From Sphaerodactylus townsendi (Eukaryota): a stretch of DNA of 64,000 bases. A program made the translations under genes and the position numbers. Each line of letters begins with the position of its first letter. The stretch's first letter is position 1. The notes beneath the pieces are model-generated. The model did no database searches. It was given only the letters and a program-made list of their open reading frames with translations, and was not told where the DNA came from. Where the stretch lies: assembly GCF_021028975.2 (NCBI RefSeq), contig NC_059440.1, positions 27,528,001-27,592,000 of the forward strand, given 5' to 3'. Positions 35,500 to 47,845 of this stretch are shown here, in pieces.

Positions 35500-35790
35500 C
35501 TGGAAGGAGAAAAGAAAAGCCGGAACGTTAAACGCCACACTGAGGAGAAAGGGGGTTAACCGCTGTGCGGTGCTGCATCGGGGCTCAGCATCGGCATGGA
35601 GGAGAGCCACATCCTTTCAGAGGTCCACGAAACCTGGTCCCTCGGCTGTGATCTATAAGGGTTAGGAATGGAGCATCCAGGTTTAGAGGCAGTATACCTC
35701 TGCAGACCAGGACATCCTGGGGACAAGCCACACAGAGATGTCCTTCCCAGAAACTTCATCTTTCTGGCCATGTTTAGCATGACACTAGAA

Positions 35791-35938
35791 CAGGGGTAGG
35801 GAACCTGCGGCTCTCCAGATATTCAGGAACTACAATTCCCATCAGCCCCTACCAGCATGGCCAATTGGCCATGCTGACAGAGGCTGATGGGAATTGTAGT
35901 TCCTGAATATCTGGAGAGCCGCAGGTTCCCTACCCCTG
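35791..35938. mobile_element. Intact palindromic hAT MITE (148 bp)
   Basis: Near-perfect palindrome; perfect 8-bp TSD CACTAGAA. Confidence 0.92.
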
Positions 35939-36116
35939 CACTAGAAGAGCTCTGGATCTGACTGGTGGGGGACTTTGTATGCTTCCTTGCAAAGGAAAAT
36001 AATACAGAAGCTGAAGACGTTCCAGCAGTGTGCAATTGGGGGGGAGGGGTTAGGTACTAAACCTTGGTGAGCCAATCGAGGTCTTACTCCCAACTTTTAT
36101 CTATAAAGTTCTAGTA

Positions 36117-36411
36117 AAGAAGAAGAGGAGTTTGGATTTACACCCCACCTTTCTCTCCTATAAGGAGACTCAAGGTGGCTTACAAGCTCCTTTCCGTTCC
36201 TCTTCCCACAATAGACACCTTGTGAGGTAGGTGGGGGCTGAGAGAGTTCCGAAGAACTGTGACTAGCCCAAGGTCACCCAGCAGGAATGTAGGAGTGCGG
36301 AAACACATTTGGTCCACCAGATAAGCCTCCGCCACTCAGGTGGAAGAGTGGGGAATCAAACCCTGTTCTCCAGATTAGACTCCACCTGCTCTTAACCACT
36401 ACACCATGCTG
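36117..36411 (-). mobile_element. Squam3-like SINE
   Basis: Full-length copy. Confidence 0.85.
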
Positions 36412-38009
36412 GAAGAGGAGGATCCTTCCCAGACTTTTGGGGCGAAGCCAGAGTTTGGACTGAAAGCCTGCTAGAAGGAGTCTGAAAAAATGAAAACAAA
36501 AAGTGAACAAGAGGGGAAACAGGAAGTTTGCTCGTGAGAGGGGAAAGGCTATAATGACCAGCTTGGATGGTTTGTCTCCAAAGAAGAATTGGCAAGTGTG
36601 CTTTTCAAAAAAGGACAGCCCTGCCCTGTTAGCCATATAGCCTAAGTGGAGCTTCCATGTTCAGAGGCAGTCCACCTCTAAAGGCTTTTATACGGAAACG
36701 GGAAGGGAAACCCTGCGTGTGATGTTTGACGGCTCTCTGCAGTGGCACTGGACTGGCCTCTTATTGGAAACCGGCTGCAGGATTACAGATGCAGTCTGGT
36801 CCAGGAAGCCTCCTTCGGCATTTTTACGACAAGCACCCGAGCAGCCCCATGAGCTTTGTTGGACCGCAGCTGGAAAGGAGCGGCTGTCCCATCTTTCCAG
36901 TTTCGCGTTCCAAACTCGCCTGTGCAAAAAAAAACCCCAGAATCATTTCACGGTGGACCCCAAATTCCAGGCATTTGTGTTGTTTGTGTGAGGGAGCTGT
37001 AAGGCCGAACTGGAGGCACGCCGGGCTCGTCGTGCGTGCGAGAGCTGGCGTGGGGGAGCAGGCCAAGATTAGGAGGAGGGGCTGCCCAGGGCAGGCGTGC
37101 TTTTTGTGATTTGCAAATCGCCCGCTCTCCCGCCCACCACTCCTTTCTAAATCCCTCTGCAGTTTGCTGCTCAATGAGATGCTGGAACCAAAAAGCAAAC
37201 TCAACAGAGCCCCCATGCTGAGTGGAGAAGGGATTACGGCACACTGCTCCGCCAGAAGCTTCTTGAAGGCTACGGGAGGGTAGCATGGACCCCAATCCCC
37301 ATTCGGCAGCGTTCCTTCCAAGGGCAGAAGAGCGTTTGCCCTTCATTCCCCTGACTGATTACATGGGTGTCAGAATCATAAATCTAAGATGTTCTCAATC
37401 ACGTCTTATTTAGATGCAGAGTTTGAATTTATACCCCCCCCCCCCTTTTCTCTCCTATAGGAGACTCAAAGGGGCTTGCAAACTCCTTTCCCTTCCCCCC
37501 TCGCAACAAACACCCTGCGAGGTGGGTGGGGCTGAGAGTGATACCATCAGGAGGGCCTTCTCTGCTAACTATCTGAGGCTTTTCTTTGGGGGATCTTGAC
37601 CAATGTGACAAAACATGTGAGGAAAGAGTCACCAGGATTCTCTTTTCTGCCAAAGTGGCCTTTAATGCGATCAACATGCTGTGTCGGCCGCTTAGCAATC
37701 TCTGCCCCCCTGTAGCCTGGCTCCAAAGTCTCCCACGTGTACCCCCCCCCCCCCATGGCATCAGCCCCCAAAACCCTCTTTCTGATCACATGAAATTCAT
37801 CACTCTTTCCAACAGCTGGTGCGTCTCCCACAGCCTGGCAACCCCAAGCGGGTAAGAGAGAAAGAAACAATAGGAATCGTGTGGGTTTCCAAACAAGAAA
37901 ATTCCTTCCTCTTTAATCCCTCCCCTACCACGCTTCAGATGGTCAAAATCCCCCAAATGTGACATATATACATATATATATATTTTTTAAAAGCATCAAG
38001 CATACTAAA

Positions 38010-38310
38010 GGAGACGGCATGGTGCAGTGGCTAACAGCAGGTGGATTCTAATCTGGAGAATGGGGTTTGATTCCCCCCTCCTCCACCTGAGTGGCGGAGG
38101 CTTATCTGGTGAACCAGATGTGTTTCCGCACTCCTACATTCCTGCTGGGTGACCTTGGGCTAGTCACAGTTCTCTCAGAACTCTCTCAGACCCACCTACC
38201 TCACAAGGTGTCTGTTGTGGGGAGAGGAAGGGAAAGGAGCTTGTAAGCCACCTTGAGTCTCTTTACAAGAGAGGAAGGGGGGGGTATAAATCCAAACTCT
38301 TCTTCTTCTT
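38010..38310 (+). mobile_element. Squam3-like SINE
   Basis: Full-length copy. Confidence 0.85.
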
Positions 38311-39565
38311 TGGAGTGATGGATTAGGTGGGGCTTTTGGAAGTTTCAAGGAGGCCCCTTAAAAATAAGGCCCGGTTCTTAGTGAGATGCCAAACCGGTCT
38401 CTGGGCTGTACGACTTTGGGAGGTAGTTGGGGAGGGACGATGTGGCTGAATGGATGATTTTGCCACCTTTACAAACAGTCCTTGACAGAGTGGAGGCACA
38501 AATCAAAGAAAGGACTGAAAGGATCTGGCTAATAGTGCGGTGCAAATTTCATCCTTCATGAAGAGACACTCACTGTTACCCACCCGGTGCCTACGATGCA
38601 CAAACCTTTGCGCTGACTTCGGTTGAGCCAAGCGCCCCATTTCCAATCAGCCAGCCCTGATGCCTCCAGCAAGCTCATCAACGTGGCGCAAAGATCGATT
38701 TCCCTTTGCTCATCTCCAGCATTGGGTATTTAGAGGTAGGCTGCCTCTACCCATGGAGGTTCCACTTTTAGCTATCATGCATAACAGCCGCCAAAAACCG
38801 AAAGAAACAGAGGAGGTTGCCTGAAACTAGAAAGAATTGATGCTGTGGTGCTTGGGAGCATGCCGGTCAAAAGAAAAAGGGACATTAACTTGCAGCGCCC
38901 AGGACTACAGCCGAGAAGAGCGCCCTAAATATTCCACGCTATTCTATTTCGTTCCCACGACTGAGGCTTGCAAGAAATACCAGAATATTATTTGGCAAGG
39001 ATGAAGGAATGAAAAGGGACAACGAAGGCTGCTAACAGGAGCCCCAAGGGAGACAGCGAGGAGCTATCCATGGTGCTGAAGTGCCACCCCACCCAATGAG
39101 AACATCCGTAGGCGGACGGTCACCGTTTTCCACTATGAAAGCGACAGTTATACACACAGAATTTATTACCCAACAGCTAATAAGCCCACTAAGATTAAGA
39201 GAAATCGTAACAACACAAACTTGAACATACCATTAGCAAGAAGCCATATTCTTTTTATGGCAGATGGATTCCAAAGCGTGCACACACACACACAAAATTA
39301 CAAGCAAAACAGCGGGATAAAATCCAACTTTATCCTATTTTGCTTTCATTGACCTATATAAAAAAGGAATGTCTCCGGGCACAGGAAGAAAGGGTGAACA
39401 GGAGGGCAGCCGCTAAGCTTCTCACTTCTCCCTACGATTGACCAAAACGGTGCCAAGCAAAGCCATGCGAAGGAAAAATGAGGCATTTAATCAGCATGAT
39501 AGATGCAGGTGGCGGACGGAAGTGCGGAATGTCAAGAGTATTCTCTAGGCACAAAACGTTCTCAC

Positions 39566-39739
39566 CTGTCCTGGCTGTCACGCAAGAGGAATCCAGAAGA
39601 GGGTCTGACCTCGGCCCGTGTCAGGGTCCTGACCGGGCTTCTCACGGGTAGTTCTGCGCTTGCCGAACGGAATGTACTGAAATCGTGGGTACCCAGCAGG
39701 AATGTCGCTGCCTCCTGCATGGCCGAGAAATTCAAGTGG
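39566..39739 (-). CDS. PUSL1: PUSL1 coding exon 5
   Basis: HLNFSAMQEAATFLLGTHDFSTFRS...SPVRTL. Confidence 0.95.
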
Positions 39740-40387
39740 CTGAAACACAATGACGAGTGACCAGATATTTTTTTTAAAACCCAGAAACGAAGGTGGGGAA
39801 GGAGAGTAAGGAGGAAGATACGAGGGGAAATGCGTTCCGTACGTAAAAGCGCACGAGAGAAAAGCGCGCTTCCCTGCTTGATCGTCTCTGAAGTAGCATT
39901 CGATGAATTCAAATGAATGAAAAATATGTCAGGAAGTAAAGAGCAGCAGCAAAATGCACCTGTGGTTTTATCACGTACGTTTTAAATCGTTCGCGGCCTC
40001 AGTGGCCCTTAAGAGGACAGAAAGGCAGATGACACATTTTGTAAATTAACAAACAAGATACATCATAAAAGGGGGGGACTGCTTTTGCTTATATCTGAGA
40101 TACAAAATACACATGTGGCTTGATCGTGTAAATTTTAAACTGTTCGCTGCCTCGGTGGTCCTCGTGAGGGCAGAAAGGTGGGATACAGATTTTGTAAACA
40201 AAGCAAATACAATATAGCATAAACGGGGGGGCCCTGCTCATCACTCCAACTTCATTCTCCTGTGTACATGAATCAGTCCTCTTTCTTTACTGAAGCCCCT
40301 GCCAATCTTGTTGCTTAAACTGTTGCTTAAATTGACATTTTAAAAAAAAACCTGTTGCTTAACCTGACTTTTTAAAAACTGGGGTGC

Positions 40388-40876
40388 TGTGTGGTTTCCG
40401 GGCTGTATGGCCGTGTTCTAGCAGCATTCTCTCCTGACATTTCGCCTGCATCTGTGGCTGGCATCTTCAGAGGATCTGATTTTTTAAACTGTCGCTCTCA
40501 GTGTATTGTCGAAGGGTTTCACGGCCGGATTCAACTGGTTGTGGTGGGTTTTCCGGGCTGTGTGGCTGTGGTCTGGTGGATCTTGTTCCTAACGTTTCGC
40601 CTGCATCTGTGGCTGGCATCTTCAGAGGTGTATCACAGAGGGAAGTCTGTTACCCACTGTGTCCAGTGAGAAGGGAATGTTTTCGTGGGGTATAACTATA
40701 ACTGGGGATATGACAATTTATACCCCACTAAAACATTCCCTTCTCATTGGACACTGTGTGTAACAGACTTCCCTCTGTGATACACCTCTGAAGATGCCAG
40801 CCACAATTGCAGGCAAAACGTTAGGAACAAGATCCACCAGACCACAGTCACACAGCCCACAAAACCCACCACAACC
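40388..40876. mobile_element. Penelope-like element termini: one short copy plus a head-to-head inverted pair
   Basis: TATTGTCGAAGG.TTTCACGGCCGG end motif; CTGAAGATGCC...GGCGAAAC hammerhead core; inverted arms of about 160 bp. Confidence 0.8.
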
Positions 40877-41592
40877 TGTCACTCTCAGGGTTGTTGTTGG
40901 TTTTTAAAAATCTCCTTTACAGTTTTGATACATCTGGCAACGGGCTCAGTGAGCTTGTGACGGTTAATTTGCTATTTCCTAATATGGCTGCTGTGATCTT
41001 TATTGGATTCCGTTTAAATGGGGTTAACTCGCTTAATTCTTCACAATAAGCACTTTAATTGCTTATATTTAATTGCCGGCCTTTCTGGCTGTTTTAGGGT
41101 ATTACTCCTTCAATGCTGAATCACTTTTTAAAAAGGCGGCATCTGACGCTGTGTGGGTTTTAACGATGTGACCCAAGTCAAAATCGTTTTGGAGTCTTTC
41201 CCAACACTTGCTGTTGGGGATCTTGTAACTGGTGGTGCTGGGAACCAACCCTGGGCTTTCTGTAGACAAAACATCTGTTCCAGGGGGCTGACAGATGAAG
41301 GTATATAAGCCAAATAACCTCTTCCCAAGCATAAGCCAGTGGGCCGTCTAGACCAGATCTTGTTTCCCACCGCGGTAGACCTCCAAAAAGTCTTGCTGAC
41401 AAGCAAGGCACAGATTTTGCCTACTGTGGTCCTCCGCTCAGCAACAGGCATTCAAGGTACACAGCTTCTGAGCATGGAGGTTCTACTAAGACATCATGGC
41501 TCATAGCCATTGGTAGATCTCCATTAGAAATCAAGAGGAGAGGGAGGAGACTGTATTTAAAAAATTAAAAATGTTTTGTTTCAACAACTCAC

Positions 41593-41742
41593 CCTCTACA
41601 CGTCCCCCAGCACAGATTCTGTTCGAAGACTGGCATCTCAGATGGGTGGGAACAGCCTGTTGCCAACCGGTAGACATAGGTCCTCGACAGGGCCGAGAAG
41701 CGGGCGTGGAAGGTGTCAGGAACACAGCTGGCACCCAGGATG
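41593..41742 (-). CDS. PUSL1: PUSL1 coding exon 4
   Basis: ILGASCVPDTFHARFSALSRTYVYRL; 150 nt. Confidence 0.95.
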
Positions 41743-42804
41743 CTTTGGGGGAAGTCGAAAGAAAAATACTTTCTTGACCCAAATGTCAACGTTATATGAA
41801 CACGTTTGGCTTCAGGGTTCAGCTCCAGTAGCAACTCTTGCGTCAGCAACCTCTTCACTGCACTCTTACCGGAAGGTCCAGATGGCATTGTATGCTTTGC
41901 CTTCCCACTGTATCCACACAACAGCCCTGCCAGGGAGGCTACAGTGGGAGAATACAGCTGGTCCAAGGTCAGTCATATGGACTGGTGTAAGGCCATAAAA
42001 GTAGCTCAGCTGGATCAGAACAAAATTTAAGTAGTTCAGTATTCCCTGTGCTACTGTTGCTAACCAGTAGCACCCACCCCCTGTTGGGAAGTAAACAGCT
42101 TCTCAATGTAGAGGTTATACTGAAGGCTGACTACATCACACTGACCTGTCCCTGGGTTGATCTAATAAATCGGTTTTCAAGGCACTTGAGGAAGCAGCCC
42201 CTCAGCATATCCTGAGGCAGCGAGTTCCACAAGTTAGCAGTGCATTGCACGGAGAAGAATGCAGTGAACAAAATCTGCAGCTGCAACTTGTGCAGAGGCA
42301 CAGCGGGGGACCTCCTTTGAAGGCATGCCCGCCTGTGTTTAGGAACACAGATGCATTCGCTCATCCAACGCAAAGACGCAGTGGGGTGACTCACCCCCAC
42401 GGAAGCTCATGGGAAGAGTGACAGATTGGGAAGCATCGAAGCGCCATCTGTGTGGGGCTCACAGGAGCCTTCCCTGAGTTTCTTAACACACGCTAGCCTG
42501 CAAGTAGGGAATGAATGATCAAATTATGGGATAGTTTCTACTCTTCTCACCTTGGGGTGAGCAAAATATACCTTCAGGGGTCTCCTGACAGCTGAAACTG
42601 GCATGCAGAAGGGCACTGGGGAACCTCAAAGAGTCAAAACAATTCCTAAACTATTATAAGTCACAACTTGACTCTTCCACCCCCACCCCCCCTTCCCCTG
42701 GATACAACAGGATCTGTGGAGTATTTCAGGCCCATCGACCCTTATTAGGATCGTACCACTTTAGAACGTAGGGGAGGTTTCTGACTGAACACATGGGCTG
42801 GGGG

Positions 42805-42905
42805 CAGTGGTGGGATTCAAATACTTTAACAACCGGTTATTTACAAGCACCATTTTAACAACCGGTTCTGCTGAAGTGGTGCGAACCTGCTGAATCCCAC
42901 CACTG
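42805..42905. mobile_element. hAT MITE (101 bp)
   Basis: 15-bp TIR CAGTGGTGGGATTCA; perfect 8-bp TSD GCTGGGGG. Confidence 0.9.
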
Positions 42906-44458
42906 GCTGGGGGGGAAAGAGATGAAATGAAGAAAATGAAGTAGGTCCAAATGAAGAAAATTAGCCTGTTGCAGCAGAATTCTACTCCCAACATGCTCAT
43001 TTATTAAGCCCGCTGAGCTTTCTTTTAAATCAGAGGAACCATCAGACTGTTGGCACAGTCTGAAGTGGCGCAGCCCTGCCAGGGCTTGGCCCACCTTGAC
43101 ACAAGAAAAAACTAAGCCTGTGACTTCCTCCAAGCCCCTCCCAGTGCAGCCGGGGAAGCCAACCTCGCCTGCCCAGCCCCGAACAGATTCCAACTCAGCC
43201 AGCGGCAGAGAAGTCGTGCCATAAAGACGGCTGTGCTGGGAAAGATGACCTACTTTCCGTCTTGCTCTCTCCGTCTGCCGTAGCAAGCTGATTACCAGCT
43301 GCTTGAAAACAACCACCGCAGATAAGCGTCTGAGCAGCGGCAGACCCGCCAGGTGTAACCCTGGTCGTCTTGGCCCTGGCCGGAGGTCTTTATATCCCCC
43401 ATTAAACTGAAGAGCATATTCGCACCGAATTTTCGCCAACGATAGAAGTTTCGTTCCTGTAGAAATTTCGTTTGATAGAAGTTTCGTTCGCCAACGACAG
43501 AGGTTTTGTTCCTTCTTGGTTGTGCCTCCCCAGGTGGAACCAGGGGTTTCTGAACCGGACCAGACCCGTTACCCTGCAGTGTGGAACGGCCCATCTTCCC
43601 TCTGGAAAATTGTGGCAGAGTTCTGGTGGAGGCAAAACCCTCCAGTTCCACTTGTCATAAGAACAGGAGAGCCTGGCTTGATCAGAACAAGGGTCCCTCT
43701 AATCCAGCATCCTGTTTCCAACGGCGGGTAGCTGCCTGCTTCCAAGATACTCCCTAGCAGACCATAAAGCCATGATTACGTGGAAGTCTTGCACATAAAG
43801 TGGACTAACGGGAACGCTAACTGCGTCTACTTTGAGTATCTGAAACAGTGCCAGAGGGTTTTCTTTCCCCATACGTGAAAGTAGAATATTTGGGGAAGGG
43901 GCTTGGAATGTCCCCTGAAGCAGCCAAGCCAGGCCTTTGCCCCTACCCCATGGCTACGCCCGGACTCTAATCTAGAAAGGCTTGTAATAGATGGACTCAA
44001 ATGCAGAGGAATCCAAACAGCTGTGCAGTTCTGCAAGACTATCGAAGGTGCCAGCAAATCCTTCCGACAAGGCCAAACAGGTGGGAGAGCTTTACGGCTC
44101 CCTCTTGCCTTCAATCGCCATGACAACAAAATGGCTCCACAAAGGCCCCGGGCCTTTAAAAACCTGCGTTAAGGCAGTGGGAGATGGGACATTTGAAGGA
44201 GATGAGGTGGTTGCTAAGTCCCAGCAGCTAGATTAGCTTCTGGGGAATAAGAGGATCGCTGGCCGTGTAAAATCCTTTTACGGCAGATAAAGCAGCCCGG
44301 TTAAAGCTGCCCGGAGGAAGGAGAGCCACCAAGACAGTGAGATAATGGCCCCAAAGCCATCAATCTGTCGTAGGGCGAACAATGAGAAGATGATGATGCC
44401 AAGAGCGTAGGAGAGGAGGCGGCAAACGAAGGTCAACAGGATCGCCACTTAGCATCGC

Positions 44459-44887
44459 AGAATCATAGAGTTGGAAGAGACCCTGAGGGCCATCCAGTCC
44501 AACCCCCTGCCATGCAGGAAGGCACAACAGCATTCCAGTCAGATGGCCATCCAGCCTCTCTTTAAAAACCTCCAAAGAAGGAGACTCCACCACCTTCCAA
44601 GGCAGCATATTCCAAATAGCCCTGACCTTCAGGGAGTTCTTCCTAATATTTAGGTGGAATCTCTTTTCCTGAACTTTGAATCCGTGACTCCTGGTCCTAG
44701 CCTCTGGAGCAGCAGAGAACAAGCTTGCTCCCTCGCCAACATGACATTCCTTCAGATATTTAAATACGGCTATCACGTCACCCCTTAACCTTCGCTTCTC
44801 CAGATTAAACATACCCGGCTCCCTAAGCCGCTCCTCATAGGGCGTGGAATCCAGACCCTTCTACCATTTTGGTCGCCCTCCTCTGGA
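44459..44887 (-). mobile_element. CR1 3' fragment
   Basis: LEKRRLRGDVIAVFKYLK...FHLNIRKN; ATTCT tail. Confidence 0.9.
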
Positions 44888-46833
44888 ATAACCCTGCTTA
44901 GAACCCAGAAGGTCTCAGGTTCACTCCTCAGCCTCTCCAGTTAAAAGGCTTGGGTATGAGGGAACATGAAAGACCTCTACCCGAGACCCTGGGGAGCTGC
45001 CGGCAGTCAGAGCAGGCAGTGCTGACCTTGACAGACCAAGGGTCTGACTCAGCGGACACCGAGAAATAAGCAGGGCAGGGTAGTCAATCTCAGAGAGGTG
45101 GTGAGTTCAGGTTCCTTGCCCAGCAATGCCTGGAGGGGGCCCACCACCCCGAATTTTAGACAGGAAACCCCAACACGGCAGTCCCCACCAAGGGCATCAG
45201 CCTTCTAACGCTAGGGGTGGTGCGTCCATTTCTGCGGCGCCCGGTTGGGTAAGGTGGTCCCCAGCAAAGGCCTCACGGTTTCACAGCTCCCCCGCCCATG
45301 CTAGATTGACGGGCGGATCGGCCTGACATTTATTTTCCTAGGGCTTCGAGCCGTTGTCATGGAACCTGTTCAACGTGGGCACAATCCGAGGCTCATCACC
45401 TACTCCCAAAAGACATTACTGTTTTTTTTGGGGGGGGGAGGGGGGACGATGACAGATCCTGTTGCATAAGCAGTTTTTCTCAAAAACCTGGGGAAACTAT
45501 TCTACCGTGCCAAAGACCGAGGGATGCCTTATTGCTCATTCGGTAAGAGGTTTTTTGGCCGCGCGTACCTGCGATCACACCACACAGACAGGGGCCAACA
45601 GCATCCCACCCCCACCCCAACCCCCCCGGGGCCTCACATTTGACAGCTTGGAATGCTTTAATGCTTTAATTTCAGAGAAAGCAGATTCGTGCGCCAGGCT
45701 TCGGGCAGTTCAGCAATTCCCGGAACACAACTTTGCGGCTCTGCGCTCCCCAAATGCGAGGGTCTCTGGCGTGGTTCCACTGGCTGCCAATTTCAGGGCA
45801 GGAAATATATTAAGTTACCGAACAGCCCCCCCCCCCCCCCCAGGTAAAGGGAGATTGCATACCCAAGCCAGGAATCTCATTTCCTCTCCGGGCTCTGTCA
45901 ACAATACAAGTGCTGGTGCCAGATCTCCTCAGTTTTGGTCACCCAGCCCCTTGTGAGCCTCCCAATGTTGTTGTTTTTTTAATTTGGCATCAGGAAACGA
46001 GCATCAGCGTCGTTTCATGACTCTCGTCTCAGCCGGTTGTGTGTCAATCAGCTGCTTTAAATGCAAAGCTGTCAAGTTTTCTCAGACTTATTTTTTTCAT
46101 AGAATCATGTGTAGCAGGGATAACATGAACAGGAAGATGATGTGAGAAAACTCAAACCTCAGTGTTAGACCAGGGAGAACTACTGGGGGCGGGGGAGGCC
46201 AGTAGTTCTGGAACTGGGGTGTGGGGCAGTGCGGGTTTAGTACCCCGGCCCCCAAATCCTGGTTCACACAGCAATGGGCTGTGGACATGCAGCTTTGGGT
46301 AGAGAGGTCGTGTGTGCTCACGTGCCAAACAAACATCTGTCAAAGGGCGGGGGGGGGGGGAATAGAGTAAGCCTGGAATGGATCCAGAGTTCAAAAAGTT
46401 AGAGAAACACTGGCCGAGGAACCGGCACCCCTGCAGGGAAAAGCATAGCGGCTTCGATTTGGATAGATGTTGTTCCTTCTGTAATCCCCAATCCTTAAGG
46501 CAGAGTGCATGGAAAAAGCACTCTGCATGCACTCAGGTAAAATTTCACACCAGTGGAAGGCTGTTTCCATATGACCAGAGGGAACTATGGGGGGAAGGGG
46601 GAAGGTAGAAGTGACGATGGGACTTGGGCCCGAGAGACCTGAGTTCAAGTCAGCCTCGAAGCTCACCGTGTGATCTTGGGGCCAGCCACTGTCCCTCAGT
46701 TTACCCTACCTCAAAGGGTTGTTGTGGAGATACAACAGGAGGGACCCCAGGTAACAGCCTTCAGTTGTTGTCATAATCCTTAATATCATTATACATTAAA
46801 ACAATTAATTGGATTTGCTGTCAAATAGACGAT

Positions 46834-47126
46834 GAGAGCCAGCGTGGTGTAGTGGTTAAGAGTGGTGGACTCTACTCTGGAAAACTGTTTGATTCCCCAC
46901 TCCACCTGAGTGGCAGAGGCTTATCTGGTGAACCTGATGTGTTTCCACACTCCCAACATTCCTGCTGGGTGATCTTGGGCTAGTCACAGTTCTCTCAGAA
47001 CTCTCTCAGCCCCACCTACCTCACAAGGTGTCTGTTGTGGAGAGAGGAAGGGAAAGGAGCTTGTAAGCTCCCTTGAGTCTCCTTACAGGAGAAGAAAGTG
47101 GGGTATAAATCCAAACTCTTCTTCTC
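46834..47126 (+). mobile_element. Squam3-like SINE
   Basis: Full-length copy. Confidence 0.85.
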
Positions 47127-47845
47127 CTTATGAGTTAGGCCTAAAGGTGCGGTCTGCTTGACCCCAATACCTGGAGGGTAAAAAGCATAAATTCCAACTT
47201 CTGTGCAGGCAATTAAGCCACAGTGCCGATCCCGCCCGCCTAACGGCTGCGTGATCAGGTCTCATGGACGGGTCCCTGGTGCTGCGTGACAGAAATTTCG
47301 AAACCCGGGGAGCAGGATCCAGAAAGAAAAAGTCGACGTCAGCTCTGCCCACCAGAAACTTGCTGCGTTGGCGTCCGAGCCGGGCTGCATTAAACAAAAC
47401 ACGAGATTAAGGGATAAAGTGAACAGAGGGCACCCGGCAAAGTCTGACAGACGTTAGCGTCTGCTATTCTCTTTGCAAAAGCTGCTGGCGCGTGAAAGGG
47501 GGATGTTTTTATCCTAGGATGTTTGATGCCGGGATGGGGAACGCCCCCCCCCCCCGGTCGACCAGGTTTTTGCTTCAGAATTCGATTCTACTGGTCGGCA
47601 GAGGAATAAATGGTAAACCCTCACACAGAGCCGGGGCGGCCGCAGTGGCTTCCTTGAGGGGATCACCTCTGGTTTGAAAGGAAGTGTAAACTTGCTGCTG
47701 GGGTGGAGAAAGTACTCGACCAACACTACAGAGACCTGACGGTCAAGGTGTATTGGGTCAGTCACTCCGGCGCAGCCTAATCTACCTCACAGGGTGGTTT
47801 ATGAACATTCTCTTGTGTCTGTGTAACAGAATGTAGCACAAACAT

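Noticed and set aside
39960-40215. Diverged direct duplication of about 150 bp
   Set aside because: Two decayed L2-type tails; no further structure
42855-43651. 194-aa and 119-aa minus-strand ORFs
   Set aside because: No recognisable domain; one runs into a MITE; no supporting splice pattern
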